10,083 nt of DNA from Elusimicrobiota bacterium (GTDB lineage Bacteria; CG03; SLGR01; JBDRKX01): contig JBDRKX010000025.1 of NCBI GenBank assembly GCA_043813605.1, positions 1 through 10,083 on the forward strand, read 5' to 3'. Each line of letters begins with the position of its first letter. The first letter of the stretch is position 1. The position numbers were made by a program, and so were the translations under genes. Positions 1 through 7,664 of the stretch are shown piece after piece. A model generated the notes under the pieces. It ran no database searches, was not told the origin of the DNA, and was given only the letters and a program-made list of their open reading frames with translations.

Positions 1-141
1 GAGATGGTGATGCCCGGAGACAATGTAGATATAGAAGGCGAACTTATCCAGACAGTTGCGATGGAGAAGGGCCTCCGGTTTGCTATCAGAGAAGGCGGCC
101 ATACAGTCGGGGCGGGTGTCGTCTCGGAAATCGTTGAGTAA
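1..141 (+). CDS. tuf: Elongation factor Tu, C-terminal 46 aa (5'-truncated by window edge)
   Basis: Frame 1 translates as [46 protein letters not shown], then TAA at 139-141. This is the EF-Tu domain 3 C-terminus (MPGD...[14 protein letters not shown]), in the canonical position upstream of rpsJ. Confidence 0.98.
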   Translation, partial: EMVMPGDNVDIEGELIQTVAMEKGLRFAIREGGHTVGAGVVSEIVE

Positions 142-147
142 AGTAGC

Positions 148-459
148 ATGGCAGCGGATCAAAAGATACAGATAAGGCTAAGAGGATACGATCACCGAAT
201 GCTTGATAAATCGGTAAAACGTATCGTAGATACGATTACAAGAACCGGGTCTAGGGTATCCGGACCGATACTCTTGCCGACAAGGATCAAGAAATACACA
301 ATTTTAAGATCTCCACATGTTGACAAGAGGGGAATGGACCAGTTGGAAATGAGAATACACAAGAGACTGATATATATTCATAATCCGACATCGCATACAG
401 TTGATGAACTTGGAAAACTGGAACTGCCTGCAGGTATTGATGTGGAAATAAAGGCATAG
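148..459 (+). CDS. rpsJ: 30S ribosomal protein S10 (uS10/NusE)
   Basis: 103 aa with [12 protein letters not shown], SGPxx[16 protein letters not shown] and [10 protein letters not shown] motifs; first gene of the S10 cluster. Confidence 0.98.
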   Translation: MAADQKIQIRLRGYDHRMLDKSVKRIVDTITRTGSRVSGPILLPTRIKKYTILRSPHVDKRGMDQLEMRIHKRLIYIHNPTSHTVDELGKLELPAGIDVEIKA

Positions 460-461
460 AT

Positions 462-1094
462 ATGATCCAGGGATTATTAGGAAAAAAAGTCGGGATGTCG
501 AGGTGGTTCGACGAAGAAGGAAACAGTGTAGGTATAACACTGATTTCTTGCGGTCCGTGTTACATTGTTGATAGTAATGGTGCAAAGATAAAGATCGGTT
601 TCAGCCGTATAAAAGAATCCAGGCTGACAAAAGCGGAGATAGGCCAATTTAAAAAGAAAGAGCTTCCTGTTTTAAAATATACGAAGGAAGTATTATGGTA
701 CGGAAAAGACGAGGAAAAACCGGGCGTAGGTGAAAAACTGTCCGCGGATGTATTTGAAATAGGGGAAAGGATTGACGTTCAGGGGAAATCAAAGGGAAAA
801 GGTTTCACTGGAGTCATGAAGAGATGGGGTTTCAAAGGCGGTCCCGGCAGCCATGGTTCAAGATTTCACCGTGTAGGGGGTTCCATCGGGCAGGCTTCTT
901 CTCCCAGTAGAGTATTCCCGGGTCTCAAGATGCCTGGGCGGAAAGGATATGATAAAGTGACTGTGAAGAATCTTGAAATTGTTGCGATAGATATCGAAGA
1001 AAACATAGTTGCGGTCAGGGGTGCTGTTCCAGGCCCCGGCAAGGGCTTGCTTTTTTTGCAGAGAAATGCTAAAAACAGGGTTTTAAAAAAATAA
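462..1094 (+). CDS. rplC: 50S ribosomal protein L3 (uL3)
   Basis: 210 aa with GKKVGM, SKGKGFTGVMKRWGF, SHGS, GSIG, KMPG and GAVPG motifs; synteny. Confidence 0.98.
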   Translation: MIQGLLGKKVGMSRWFDEEGNSVGITLISCGPCYIVDSNGAKIKIGFSRIKESRLTKAEIGQFKKKELPVLKYTKEVLWYGKDEEKPGVGEKLSADVFEIGERIDVQGKSKGKGFTGVMKRWGFKGGPGSHGSRFHRVGGSIGQASSPSRVFPGLKMPGRKGYDKVTVKNLEIVAIDIEENIVAVRGAVPGPGKGLLFLQRNAKNRVLKK

Positions 1095-1103
1095 GAGAAA
1101 AAC

Positions 1104-1709
1104 ATGAAGACGATAACACCAAAATTACAGGGAAAGCTGAAAGAGATTAAACTCAGCAGGACACTTCTAAATGAAGTGGCCAATACGATTCTTGCCAATA
1201 AAAGAGCCGGTAATGCATGCACAAAGACACGTGCTGAAGTATCGGGCGGCGGGAAGAAACCCTGGAGGCAGAAAGGAACCGGAAGAGCGAGGGTAGGGAG
1301 CAACAGGTCACCGATCTGGAAGGGCGGTGGAATAACTTTCGGTCCAACAAGAGAACAGTCATTTAAGAAGAGTATTCCGAGAAAGAAGAAACAGCAGGCA
1401 GTGCTGCAGATGATAGCACAGCGCATAAGAGAAGGCGGTCTTAAAGTTGCGGAAAAGATCGAATTTGCTGAACCTAAAACACGACTGGCACAAGAGATGC
1501 TCTCAGGTATATTCGGAAAAGAATATGGCAAGATACTGATTTCTCTTGAAGAAAGGAACGATGATATTGTCAGATCGTTCAGAAATATTAAAGGGGTTAC
1601 AATAATCGAATGGCAAAATCTGAATGCCTATGATCTGCTAAGAAATGAAAAAGTGTTATTTACCAAGAAAGCCTGGGATGATTTCGTAGAGGCAAAAGGT
1701 CTGCAATGA
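1104..1709 (+). CDS. rplD: 50S ribosomal protein L4 (uL4)
   Basis: 201 aa with TKTRAEVSGGGKKPWRQKGTGRAR and SPIWKGGGITFGP motifs; synteny. Confidence 0.98.
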   Translation: MKTITPKLQGKLKEIKLSRTLLNEVANTILANKRAGNACTKTRAEVSGGGKKPWRQKGTGRARVGSNRSPIWKGGGITFGPTREQSFKKSIPRKKKQQAVLQMIAQRIREGGLKVAEKIEFAEPKTRLAQEMLSGIFGKEYGKILISLEERNDDIVRSFRNIKGVTIIEWQNLNAYDLLRNEKVLFTKKAWDDFVEAKGLQ

Positions 1710-2005
1710 GTACAAAAATATCTTCATACGATATATTGTTGGGCCCGGTGATAACCGAAAAGAGCACCAACATGAAAACAGACAGCAATAAATTCGTATT
1801 TTATGTTGACTGCAGGGCGAACAAGACAGATATAAAAAAGGCTGTTGAGGAAGTCTTCAAGGTTACTGTCCTTTCGATTAATACTCTGGCAGTGCACGGC
1901 AAACCCAGAAGGATGGGCAGATTTGCCGGGATGACACCCAAAAGGAAAAAAGCTGTAGTTACCCTTAAAGAGGGTGACAGGGTTAAACTGATGGAAGGAC
2001 CGTAA
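1706..2005 (+). CDS. rplW: 50S ribosomal protein L23 (uL23)
   Basis: 99 aa with [25 protein letters not shown] and KKAVVTL motifs; ATGA overlap with rplD. Confidence 0.97.
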   Translation: MSTKISSYDILLGPVITEKSTNMKTDSNKFVFYVDCRANKTDIKKAVEEVFKVTVLSINTLAVHGKPRRMGRFAGMTPKRKKAVVTLKEGDRVKLMEGP

Positions 2006-2829
2006 TGGCTGTAAGAAAGTATAAACCGTTAACACCGTCAAGAAGGTTCAGCTCAAGAGTTATCAGAGAAGAGATAACTAAGAACAAACCGGAAAAATCT
2101 CTTACAATAGCCAAAAAGAACTCCGGCGGCAGGAATAATTACGGCCGGATAACTGTAAGGTACCGTGGCGGAGGCAGCAAACGGAAAATAAGGATAATCG
2201 ATTTTAAGCGAACTAAAGCCGGGGAAGCAAAAGTTATAGCTATCGAATATGACCCGAACCGTTCTGCAAACATTGCATTGATACAGTATGCGGATGGCAA
2301 GAAGGCTTATATAATCCATCCTGTGGGATTAAAAGTGGATGATACAGTGAAGAGCGGGGAAGATGCTCCTTTGAACGTGGGAAACGCAAAACCTATGAGG
2401 ACTATTCCGGAAGGTTCTTTTATTCATAACGTTGAATTGAACCGTGGACAGGGTGGTACAATGGTCAGGAGTGCCGGGTCTGAAGCGGTACTCATGGCAC
2501 AAGAAGATAAATCCGCATTAGTGAGATTTCCGTCAGGTGAGGTCAGGCGCATCTTATCTGAATGTTATGCTACAATCGGTTCCGTAGGAAATGCGGATCA
2601 TGAGAAAATAAATTTGGGTTTTGCCGGGGCTAACAGGCACAGAGGCCGCCGGCCGCATGTGCGAGGTACTGCGATGAATGCAGTCGATCACCCCCACGGC
2701 GGTGGAAGAGGAAAAAGCAAGGGCGGAAATATCCCTTCAACTCCATGGGGCAAGAAATGTAAAGGGGTCAGGACAAGGAACAAGAATAAATCTTCGGATA
2801 AGATGATAGTACGAAGGAGAAAGAAATAA
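2005..2829 (+). CDS. rplB: 50S ribosomal protein L2 (uL2)
   Basis: 274 aa with [26 protein letters not shown] and DHPHGGG motifs; TAATG overlap with rplW. Confidence 0.99.
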   Translation: MAVRKYKPLTPSRRFSSRVIREEITKNKPEKSLTIAKKNSGGRNNYGRITVRYRGGGSKRKIRIIDFKRTKAGEAKVIAIEYDPNRSANIALIQYADGKKAYIIHPVGLKVDDTVKSGEDAPLNVGNAKPMRTIPEGSFIHNVELNRGQGGTMVRSAGSEAVLMAQEDKSALVRFPSGEVRRILSECYATIGSVGNADHEKINLGFAGANRHRGRRPHVRGTAMNAVDHPHGGGRGKSKGGNIPSTPWGKKCKGVRTRNKNKSSDKMIVRRRKK

Positions 2830-3125
2830 TGGGAAGGTCTTCAAAAAAGGGCCCTTACGTCGAAGAAAGGCTCACAAAAAAAGTAAACAGGGCAAAAAAA
2901 AGCGGTCAGAAAAAGACTGCCCCTACTTATTCGAGGTGTTCAATGATCATACCGGATTTTGTGGGATTAACCATACCTGTACATAACGGGAAAAAGTTCA
3001 TTAACGTATTCGTTACGGAAGATATGGTCGGACACCGTCTTGGGGAATTTTCTCCCACAAGATGGTTCAAAGGCCATGGCTCGGGACATGCAAAAGAGAT
3101 TGAAGACACGATGAAGAAAAAATGA
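2829..3125 (+). CDS. rpsS: 30S ribosomal protein S19 (uS19)
   Basis: 98 aa with [16 protein letters not shown] and [13 protein letters not shown] motifs; SD-like AAGGAG at about 2815-2820; TAATG overlap. Confidence 0.98.
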   Translation: MGRSSKKGPYVEERLTKKVNRAKKSGQKKTAPTYSRCSMIIPDFVGLTIPVHNGKKFINVFVTEDMVGHRLGEFSPTRWFKGHGSGHAKEIEDTMKKK

Positions 3126-3442
3126 ACGGAAATGCAAAGTCAAAATATATAAGGATGAGTCCCAGGAAAATAGGACTTGTGCTGGATAAGATAAGGGGCA
3201 AAAAAGTAGCCGAGGCATATACGATACTCAATTTCATAAACAGGCGGGCAGTATCACCTGTCAGAAAAACGCTTCAGTCGGCTGTGGCAAATGCCGACGC
3301 GCGGGACAGCCTGGATAGGGTAAGAGTGGTCAAAGCATGGGTAGGTCAGGGCCCCGTATTAAAAAGATTACGTCCGAGGGCAATGGGAAGAGCGGATATT
3401 TTAAGAAAACCGACAGCTCACATAGAGATAGAAGTCGGGTAA
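3122..3442 (+). CDS. rplV: 50S ribosomal protein L22 (uL22)
   Basis: 106 aa with [27 protein letters not shown] and TAHI motifs; ATGA overlap. Confidence 0.98.
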   Translation: MNGNAKSKYIRMSPRKIGLVLDKIRGKKVAEAYTILNFINRRAVSPVRKTLQSAVANADARDSLDRVRVVKAWVGQGPVLKRLRPRAMGRADILRKPTAHIEIEVG

Positions 3443-3447
3443 ATAAC

Positions 3448-3452
3448 AGGAG
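3448..3452 (+). promoter_or_regulatory. Shine-Dalgarno site of rpsC (AGGAG)
   Basis: ACAGGAGAAATAATG: AGGAG lies 5 nt before ATG 3458, in the longest intergenic gap of the window (15 nt). Confidence 0.75.
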
Positions 3453-3457
3453 AAATA

Positions 3458-4108
3458 ATGGGACAAAAGGTACATCCAATAGTTTTCAGGCTTGGAGTTA
3501 ACAAGACATGGGATTCACGATGGTTCAATCCTAAAGAAATGCCGATTCTGATTGCTGAAGACGAGATGATAAGAAGATATATCAGAAAACGGGCAAGTAA
3601 TGCAGGGATAGCCAAGATTGTCATCGAAAGGATGGGGGAAACGATCAGAGTAACGATTCATACAGACAAACCTGGCATTATAATCGGCCGGGGCGGTTCG
3701 GAAGTAGAGAATATTAAAGATGAGATAGATGACCTTACGGGAAAAAGAACTGTTATCAATATTGAGCAGATAAAGAAACCGAATATAAATGCGTACCTTA
3801 TAGCAGAAAGCATCTCTGCTGCGCTTCTGAAGAAGATGAGGTTTAGAAATATTTTAAAGAGGGCGGTTTCCCGGGCCATGGAAGAAGGTGTAGACGGTAT
3901 TAAAATAGCGGTCAGCGGAAGGTTGAACGGAGCGGAAATAGCTCGTACAGAATGGCTTAAGAAAGGCAGGATACCGCTGCAGACTCTGAGGGCAGACATA
4001 GACTATGGTTTCTGTGAGGCAAAGACTACATATGGTAACATAGGGATAAAAGTCTGGGTATGTAACGGCGAAGTAACGGAAGAATCCAAAGAGGTCGACA
4101 ATGCTTAG
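3458..4108 (+). CDS. rpsC: 30S ribosomal protein S3 (uS3)
   Basis: 216 aa with [15 protein letters not shown]-domain [22 protein letters not shown] and [11 protein letters not shown] motifs. Confidence 0.99.
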   Translation: MGQKVHPIVFRLGVNKTWDSRWFNPKEMPILIAEDEMIRRYIRKRASNAGIAKIVIERMGETIRVTIHTDKPGIIIGRGGSEVENIKDEIDDLTGKRTVINIEQIKKPNINAYLIAESISAALLKKMRFRNILKRAVSRAMEEGVDGIKIAVSGRLNGAEIARTEWLKKGRIPLQTLRADIDYGFCEAKTTYGNIGIKVWVCNGEVTEESKEVDNA

Positions 4109-4517
4109 GCCTAAAAGGGTAAAATACAGGAAGAAACATAGGGGAAGTATGAAGGGCAAAGCTGTCAGGGGAAGCACGGTCAGTTTCGGAGAATACGGGC
4201 TTAAAGCAGTGGAACCGTCATGGATAACCGAGAGACAGATCGAAGCAGCCAGGGTTGCTATAACGCGATATATGAAACGCGGTGGAAAAGTATGGATAAG
4301 GATTTTTCCTGATCTTCCTGTTACTAAACAGCCTGCAGAGACCAGAATGGGGAAGGGGAAAGGTGATATTGAACATTATGTAGCTGTTGTAAAACCGGGA
4401 AGGATATTATTTGAACTGGAAGGACTTGACAGGATTAACGCAAAGAAAGCGATGCTACTTGCTTCTGCCAAATTGCCTGTAAAGTGCAAATTTGTTGTGA
4501 GAGGTGAATATCTATAA
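4101..4517 (+). CDS. rplP: 50S ribosomal protein L16 (uL16)
   Basis: 138 aa with [23 protein letters not shown] and ETRMGKGKG motifs; 8-nt overlap with rpsC. Confidence 0.99.
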   Translation: MLRPKRVKYRKKHRGSMKGKAVRGSTVSFGEYGLKAVEPSWITERQIEAARVAITRYMKRGGKVWIRIFPDLPVTKQPAETRMGKGKGDIEHYVAVVKPGRILFELEGLDRINAKKAMLLASAKLPVKCKFVVRGEYL

Positions 4518-4717
4518 TGCAGAAAGCAAAAGATCTCAGGAAAGATACTGTCAAAGAGCTTGAGAGCAAGCTTGGAGATATAAGGAAAAAGCATATGGAG
4601 CTCAGGTTTCAGCATGCATCGGGGACGTTGAATAATCCTCTGGAATTAAGGACTATTAAGAGGGATATAGCCAGGATACAGGTCGTTATAAACGAAAAGA
4701 AAAATGAATCAGAATAA
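4517..4717 (+). CDS. rpmC: 50S ribosomal protein L29 (uL29)
   Basis: 66 aa with LRFQHASGTLNNP and IKRDIARI motifs; GAGGTG at 4501-4506; TAATG overlap. Confidence 0.96.
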   Translation: MQKAKDLRKDTVKELESKLGDIRKKHMELRFQHASGTLNNPLELRTIKRDIARIQVVINEKKNESE

Positions 4718-4964
4718 TACAAGAAAAACAAACAGGAAAAGGCTGCAGGGGACGGTTGTCAGTGACAAAGTCCAGAAAATGAGGATAATCGATGTTACCA
4801 GGCTGGTAAGGAATCCCATTTACAGTAAGGTGACGAAAAAGAGGAAAAAATTCTATGCGCATGATGAAAACGGGATATCAAAAACGGGTGATTTTGTCAT
4901 AATAGAAGAGACAAGGCCTATAAGCAAACTGAAGAAGTGGCGGGTAGTAAAGGTTGTAAAATGA
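4704..4964 (+). CDS. rpsQ: 30S ribosomal protein S17 (uS17)
   Basis: 86 aa with GTVVSDK, AHDE and [11 protein letters not shown] motifs; 14-nt overlap with rpmC. Confidence 0.97.
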   Translation: MNQNNTRKTNRKRLQGTVVSDKVQKMRIIDVTRLVRNPIYSKVTKKRKKFYAHDENGISKTGDFVIIEETRPISKLKKWRVVKVVK

Positions 4965-5329
4965 TCCAGACCGAGACACTTGTGAAGGTAGTAGATAATT
5001 CCGGCGCAAGGAAACTTCTGTGTATAAAGGTCCTCGGCGGTTCAAGAAAAAGGTATGCAAGAATAGGGGATATTATTGTAGGTGTTGTTAAAGATGCAAT
5101 ACCTGCCGGCGGTGTTAAAATGGGAGAAGTTGTCAAAGCTGTAATAGTAAGGACAAAATATCCTGTAAAGAGGAAAGACGGTACGGTAGTCCGTTTTGAC
5201 GACAACGCCGCCGTTATAATAGATGAAAAACAACAGCCGAAGGGAACAAGGGTATTTGGACCCATCGCCATGGAATTAAGAGAAAAACAATTTATTAAGA
5301 TAATCTCGCTTGCACCAGAGGTGGTATAA
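4961..5329 (+). CDS. rplN: 50S ribosomal protein L14 (uL14); start corrected to ATG 4961
   Basis: [16 protein letters not shown]...FDDNAAV...GTRVFGP...SLAPEVV is 122 aa, the standard length. The conserved MIQ start overlaps the rpsQ stop (ATGA). The track start at 4937 adds non-homologous residues. Confidence 0.98.
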   Translation: MIQTETLVKVVDNSGARKLLCIKVLGGSRKRYARIGDIIVGVVKDAIPAGGVKMGEVVKAVIVRTKYPVKRKDGTVVRFDDNAAVIIDEKQQPKGTRVFGPIAMELREKQFIKIISLAPEVV

Positions 5330-5333
5330 AGAA

Positions 5334-5645
5334 GTGTTAAAGATAAAGAAAAAAGATAATGTGATAGTAACAGCAGGTAAAGACAAAGGTAAACAGGGTG
5401 AAGTGATAAAAGTATTTGAAAAGACCAAACGTGTCCTTGTTTCAAAGATAAACATCATCAAAAAGCATGCGCGGGCTTCACAGTCTAATCCGGGCGGTGT
5501 TATGGAAAAGGAAGCTGCTGTTCATATATCAAATCTGCAGATCGTATGTTCCAAGTGTTCCCAGCCTACAAGGATCAGGTTTGATAAGCTGGAAGATGGT
5601 GAAAAAGTAAGAGTATGCAAAAAATGCGGGGAAATGTTAATCTGA
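5334..5645 (+). CDS. rplX: 50S ribosomal protein L24 (uL24), four-cysteine form; GTG start at 5334
   Basis: (M)LKIKKKDNVIVTAGKDKGKQGEV KOW motif, KKH and EAAVHISN; CxxC-x19-CxxC near the C-terminus; SD GAGGTGG at 5318-5324 supports GTG 5334. Confidence 0.96.
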   Translation: MLKIKKKDNVIVTAGKDKGKQGEVIKVFEKTKRVLVSKINIIKKHARASQSNPGGVMEKEAAVHISNLQIVCSKCSQPTRIRFDKLEDGEKVRVCKKCGEMLI

Positions 5646-6199
5646 TGTATAGAAAGATACCGACACCACTATATAAAAAATATACTGATGAGGTAATGCC
5701 TGCTGTAAAAGAGCATTTCAAGATCAGCAATTTTCACATGATACCTCAGATTGAAAAAGTCATAGTGAACATGGGGATCAGGCAGGCAAAAGACGACAAG
5801 AATATACTTGAAGAAGCTCTTGCGGAGATGACTGTTATAACAGGGCAGAAACCTGTAGTCACTAAAGCAAGGAAAGCTATATCTAATTTTACACTGAGAA
5901 AGGGAATGCCGATAGGCTGCAAGGTCGTATTGAGAGGAAGGATTATGTATGAATTCCTGGAGCGGCTTCTTCGCATAGCGATTCCCAGAATAAGAGATTT
6001 CAGCGGTCTTAATAGGAGTTTTGACAGGTTCGGTAACCTTACTATAGGGATCGTGGAAGAGTCGATTTTCCCTGAAGTGGATATGGATAAAGTCAAGAGT
6101 ATGAAGGGATTAAGCATTACGGTCGTTACAGATAAAAAAGACAAGGAGAAGTCGATAAAGGTGCTGGAAATGATGGGCTTCCCGTTCGCCGAAAGCTAA
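5645..6199 (+). CDS. rplE: 50S ribosomal protein L5 (uL5); start corrected to ATG 5645
   Basis: [34 protein letters not shown] and IFPE motifs; the TGATG overlap with the rplX stop gives 184 aa. Confidence 0.97.
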   Translation: MYRKIPTPLYKKYTDEVMPAVKEHFKISNFHMIPQIEKVIVNMGIRQAKDDKNILEEALAEMTVITGQKPVVTKARKAISNFTLRKGMPIGCKVVLRGRIMYEFLERLLRIAIPRIRDFSGLNRSFDRFGNLTIGIVEESIFPEVDMDKVKSMKGLSITVVTDKKDKEKSIKVLEMMGFPFAES

Positions 6200-6210
6200 A
6201 TGGAGACAGT

Positions 6211-6396
6211 ATGGCAAAAAAATCATGGATAGTTAAACAGAAGAGGGAACCTAAATACAAAGTGAGAAAATATAATCGCTGCAATTTGTGCGGCCGGAGC
6301 CGAGCGTATATGAGAGATTTCGGTATATGCCGTCTTTGTTTCAGAAAACTGGCATGTGTGGGAAATATCCCGGGAGTTGTAAAGTCATCATGGTGA
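6211..6396 (+). CDS. rpsZ: 30S ribosomal protein S14, short zinc-binding (type Z) form
   Basis: 61 aa, MAKKS...RCNLCGR...GICRLCFR...PGVVKSSW; CxxC-x12-CxxC; GGAG at 6202-6205. Confidence 0.98.
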   Translation: MAKKSWIVKQKREPKYKVRKYNRCNLCGRSRAYMRDFGICRLCFRKLACVGNIPGVVKSSW

Positions 6397-6788
6397 TAAC
6401 AGATCCAATAGCGGATATGATTTGTCGTATAAAAAACGCTCTTATGAGAAAAAAGGACGAAGTTGATATACCTTCTTCCAAGATACTTCAGGAAATTGCA
6501 AGGCTATTGAAAGATGAAGGTTATATAGTCAATTACGAAGTCATAGAAGATAATAAGCAGGGGGTGCTCCGCATATACTTGAAATATACCAATACAGGAG
6601 GGTCCGTGATACGGGATATTAAAAGGATCTCACATCTGGGAAGCAGGATATACGCAGGAGTTGATGAAATACCCAGGGTGCTGGAAGGTCTTGGGCGGGC
6701 AATAATATCTACATCAAGGGGGCTGCTGACTGATAAGGAATGCAGAAAGAACAACCTTGGAGGAGAGGTGTTATTGCACATATGGTGA
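6390..6788 (+). CDS. rpsH: 30S ribosomal protein S8 (uS8); start corrected to ATG 6390
   Basis: [17 protein letters not shown]...EGYI...[10 protein letters not shown]...GGEVLLHIW is 132 aa. The track start at 6288 runs through rpsZ and is not homologous. Confidence 0.97.
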   Translation: MVITDPIADMICRIKNALMRKKDEVDIPSSKILQEIARLLKDEGYIVNYEVIEDNKQGVLRIYLKYTNTGGSVIRDIKRISHLGSRIYAGVDEIPRVLEGLGRAIISTSRGLLTDKECRKNNLGGEVLLHIW

Positions 6789-6795
6789 AAATCAG

Positions 6796-7356
6796 ATGAG
6801 TAGAATCGGAAAAATGCCAATAAATATCCCTGATGGTGTAAATGTCGATATATCCGGTCAGGATATAACCGTAGAATCTTCGGGAAAAAAGTTGACACAT
6901 AAACTGCATGATGGGATAACGCTCACAAATAATGCCGGCCGGCTGATGGTCGGGATTGACACGGATACTGTCAAATTAAGGGGATTACACGGTCTTAGCA
7001 GGACATTGATCAACAATATGGTGATAGGTGTAAAAGACGGCTTTAAAAAAAGACTCGAGATAATAGGCAGAGGAAAAAAAGCCAATGTACAGGGAAAGAG
7101 CATTATCCTTGAATTGGGTTTTTCGCATCCTGTGGATTTCCATCTGCCTGAAGGTATAGAAGTAAATGTCGCAAAGAACATAATTGAGATTACCGGGATC
7201 GACAAACAGAAGGTAGGTGAAGTAGCTGCTGAACTAAGGGACTTACAGTCGCCTGAGCCGTATAAAGGTGCCGGTATAAGATATGAAGGTGAAGTAATAA
7301 AGAAAAAAGCCGGGAAAACCGCTATAGGCGGCGGCTTTACAGGTTCAGGGAAATGA
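6796..7356 (+). CDS. rplF: 50S ribosomal protein L6 (uL6); start corrected to ATG 6796
   Basis: MSRIGKMPI start with HGLSRTLINNMVIGV, LGFSHPV, GIDKQKVG and PEPYKG motifs; 186 aa including a Gly-rich tail. Confidence 0.98.
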   Translation: MSRIGKMPINIPDGVNVDISGQDITVESSGKKLTHKLHDGITLTNNAGRLMVGIDTDTVKLRGLHGLSRTLINNMVIGVKDGFKKRLEIIGRGKKANVQGKSIILELGFSHPVDFHLPEGIEVNVAKNIIEITGIDKQKVGEVAAELRDLQSPEPYKGAGIRYEGEVIKKKAGKTAIGGGFTGSGK

Positions 7357-7664
7357 AGAGAGTTCACGGAACAAAAGAGCGGCCTAGATTGACTGTTTTC
7401 AGGTCCAACAGGAATATCTATGCACAGTTGGTAGATGATGATAATGGTAATGTAATAGCCGGTATATCATCTCTTAATGAGGAAATGAAAAAGAAAAAAT
7501 TTGCAAACCCTAAGGAAAGGGCAAGAGAAATAGGTAAAGTTATTGCTAAGATAGCTCTTGATAGAAAGATACAAAAAGTGGTTTTTGACCGAAAGCGCTA
7601 TAAGTATCATGGAGCGGTCAAAGAACTGGCAGATGGTGCAAGAGAAGGGGGATTGGAATTCTAA
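7353..7664 (+). CDS. rplR: 50S ribosomal protein L18 (uL18), short N-terminus
   Basis: 103 aa with GTKERPRLTVFRSNRNIYAQLVDD, VVFDR, YHG and AREGGLEF motifs; ATGA overlap with rplF. Confidence 0.96.
   Translation: MKRVHGTKERPRLTVFRSNRNIYAQLVDDDNGNVIAGISSLNEEMKKKKFANPKERAREIGKVIAKIALDRKIQKVVFDRKRYKYHGAVKELADGAREGGLEF

Noticed and set aside
1068..1094. AAAAC-AGG-GTTTT mini-hairpin near the rplC end as a possible terminator
   Set aside because: The stem is AT-only apart from one pair, has a 3-nt loop, lies within coding sequence and has no U-tract after it. It is too weak.
866..1531. 221-aa minus-strand ORF, plus other antisense ORFs (304-585, 4918-5445, 5746-6144, 6858-7367, 8233-8691 and others)
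   Set aside because: All lie entirely opposite conserved r-protein genes, are Phe/Leu/Ser-rich as expected for the reverse of Lys/Arg/Glu-rich genes, and show no recognisable motifs. They are shadow ORFs.
2894..2901. A8 homopolymer in rpsS (and A7/T7 runs elsewhere) as phase-variation or frameshift sites
   Set aside because: These are explained by Lys/Phe codons in essential genes, and the reading frames are intact on both sides.
5630..5720. uS8-binding autoregulatory hairpin at the rplX-rplE junction, as in the E. coli spc operon
   Set aside because: I could not identify a convincing h21-like stem by eye. It would need covariance-model or folding analysis.
6288..6389. Apparent N-terminal extensions in the ORF track for rpsH (also rplN 4937, rplX 5310, rplE 5615, rplF 6757)
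   Set aside because: These are longest-ORF artefacts. Family-typical starts, with SD or stop-start overlaps in most cases, lie downstream.
6394..6396. Possible TGA recoding (genetic code 4 or 25), considered because uL30 is missing
   Set aside because: TGA falls exactly at conserved C-termini (S14 ...KSSW, S8 ...HIW) and in stop-start overlaps, with no in-frame TGA inside any gene. This is standard code 11.
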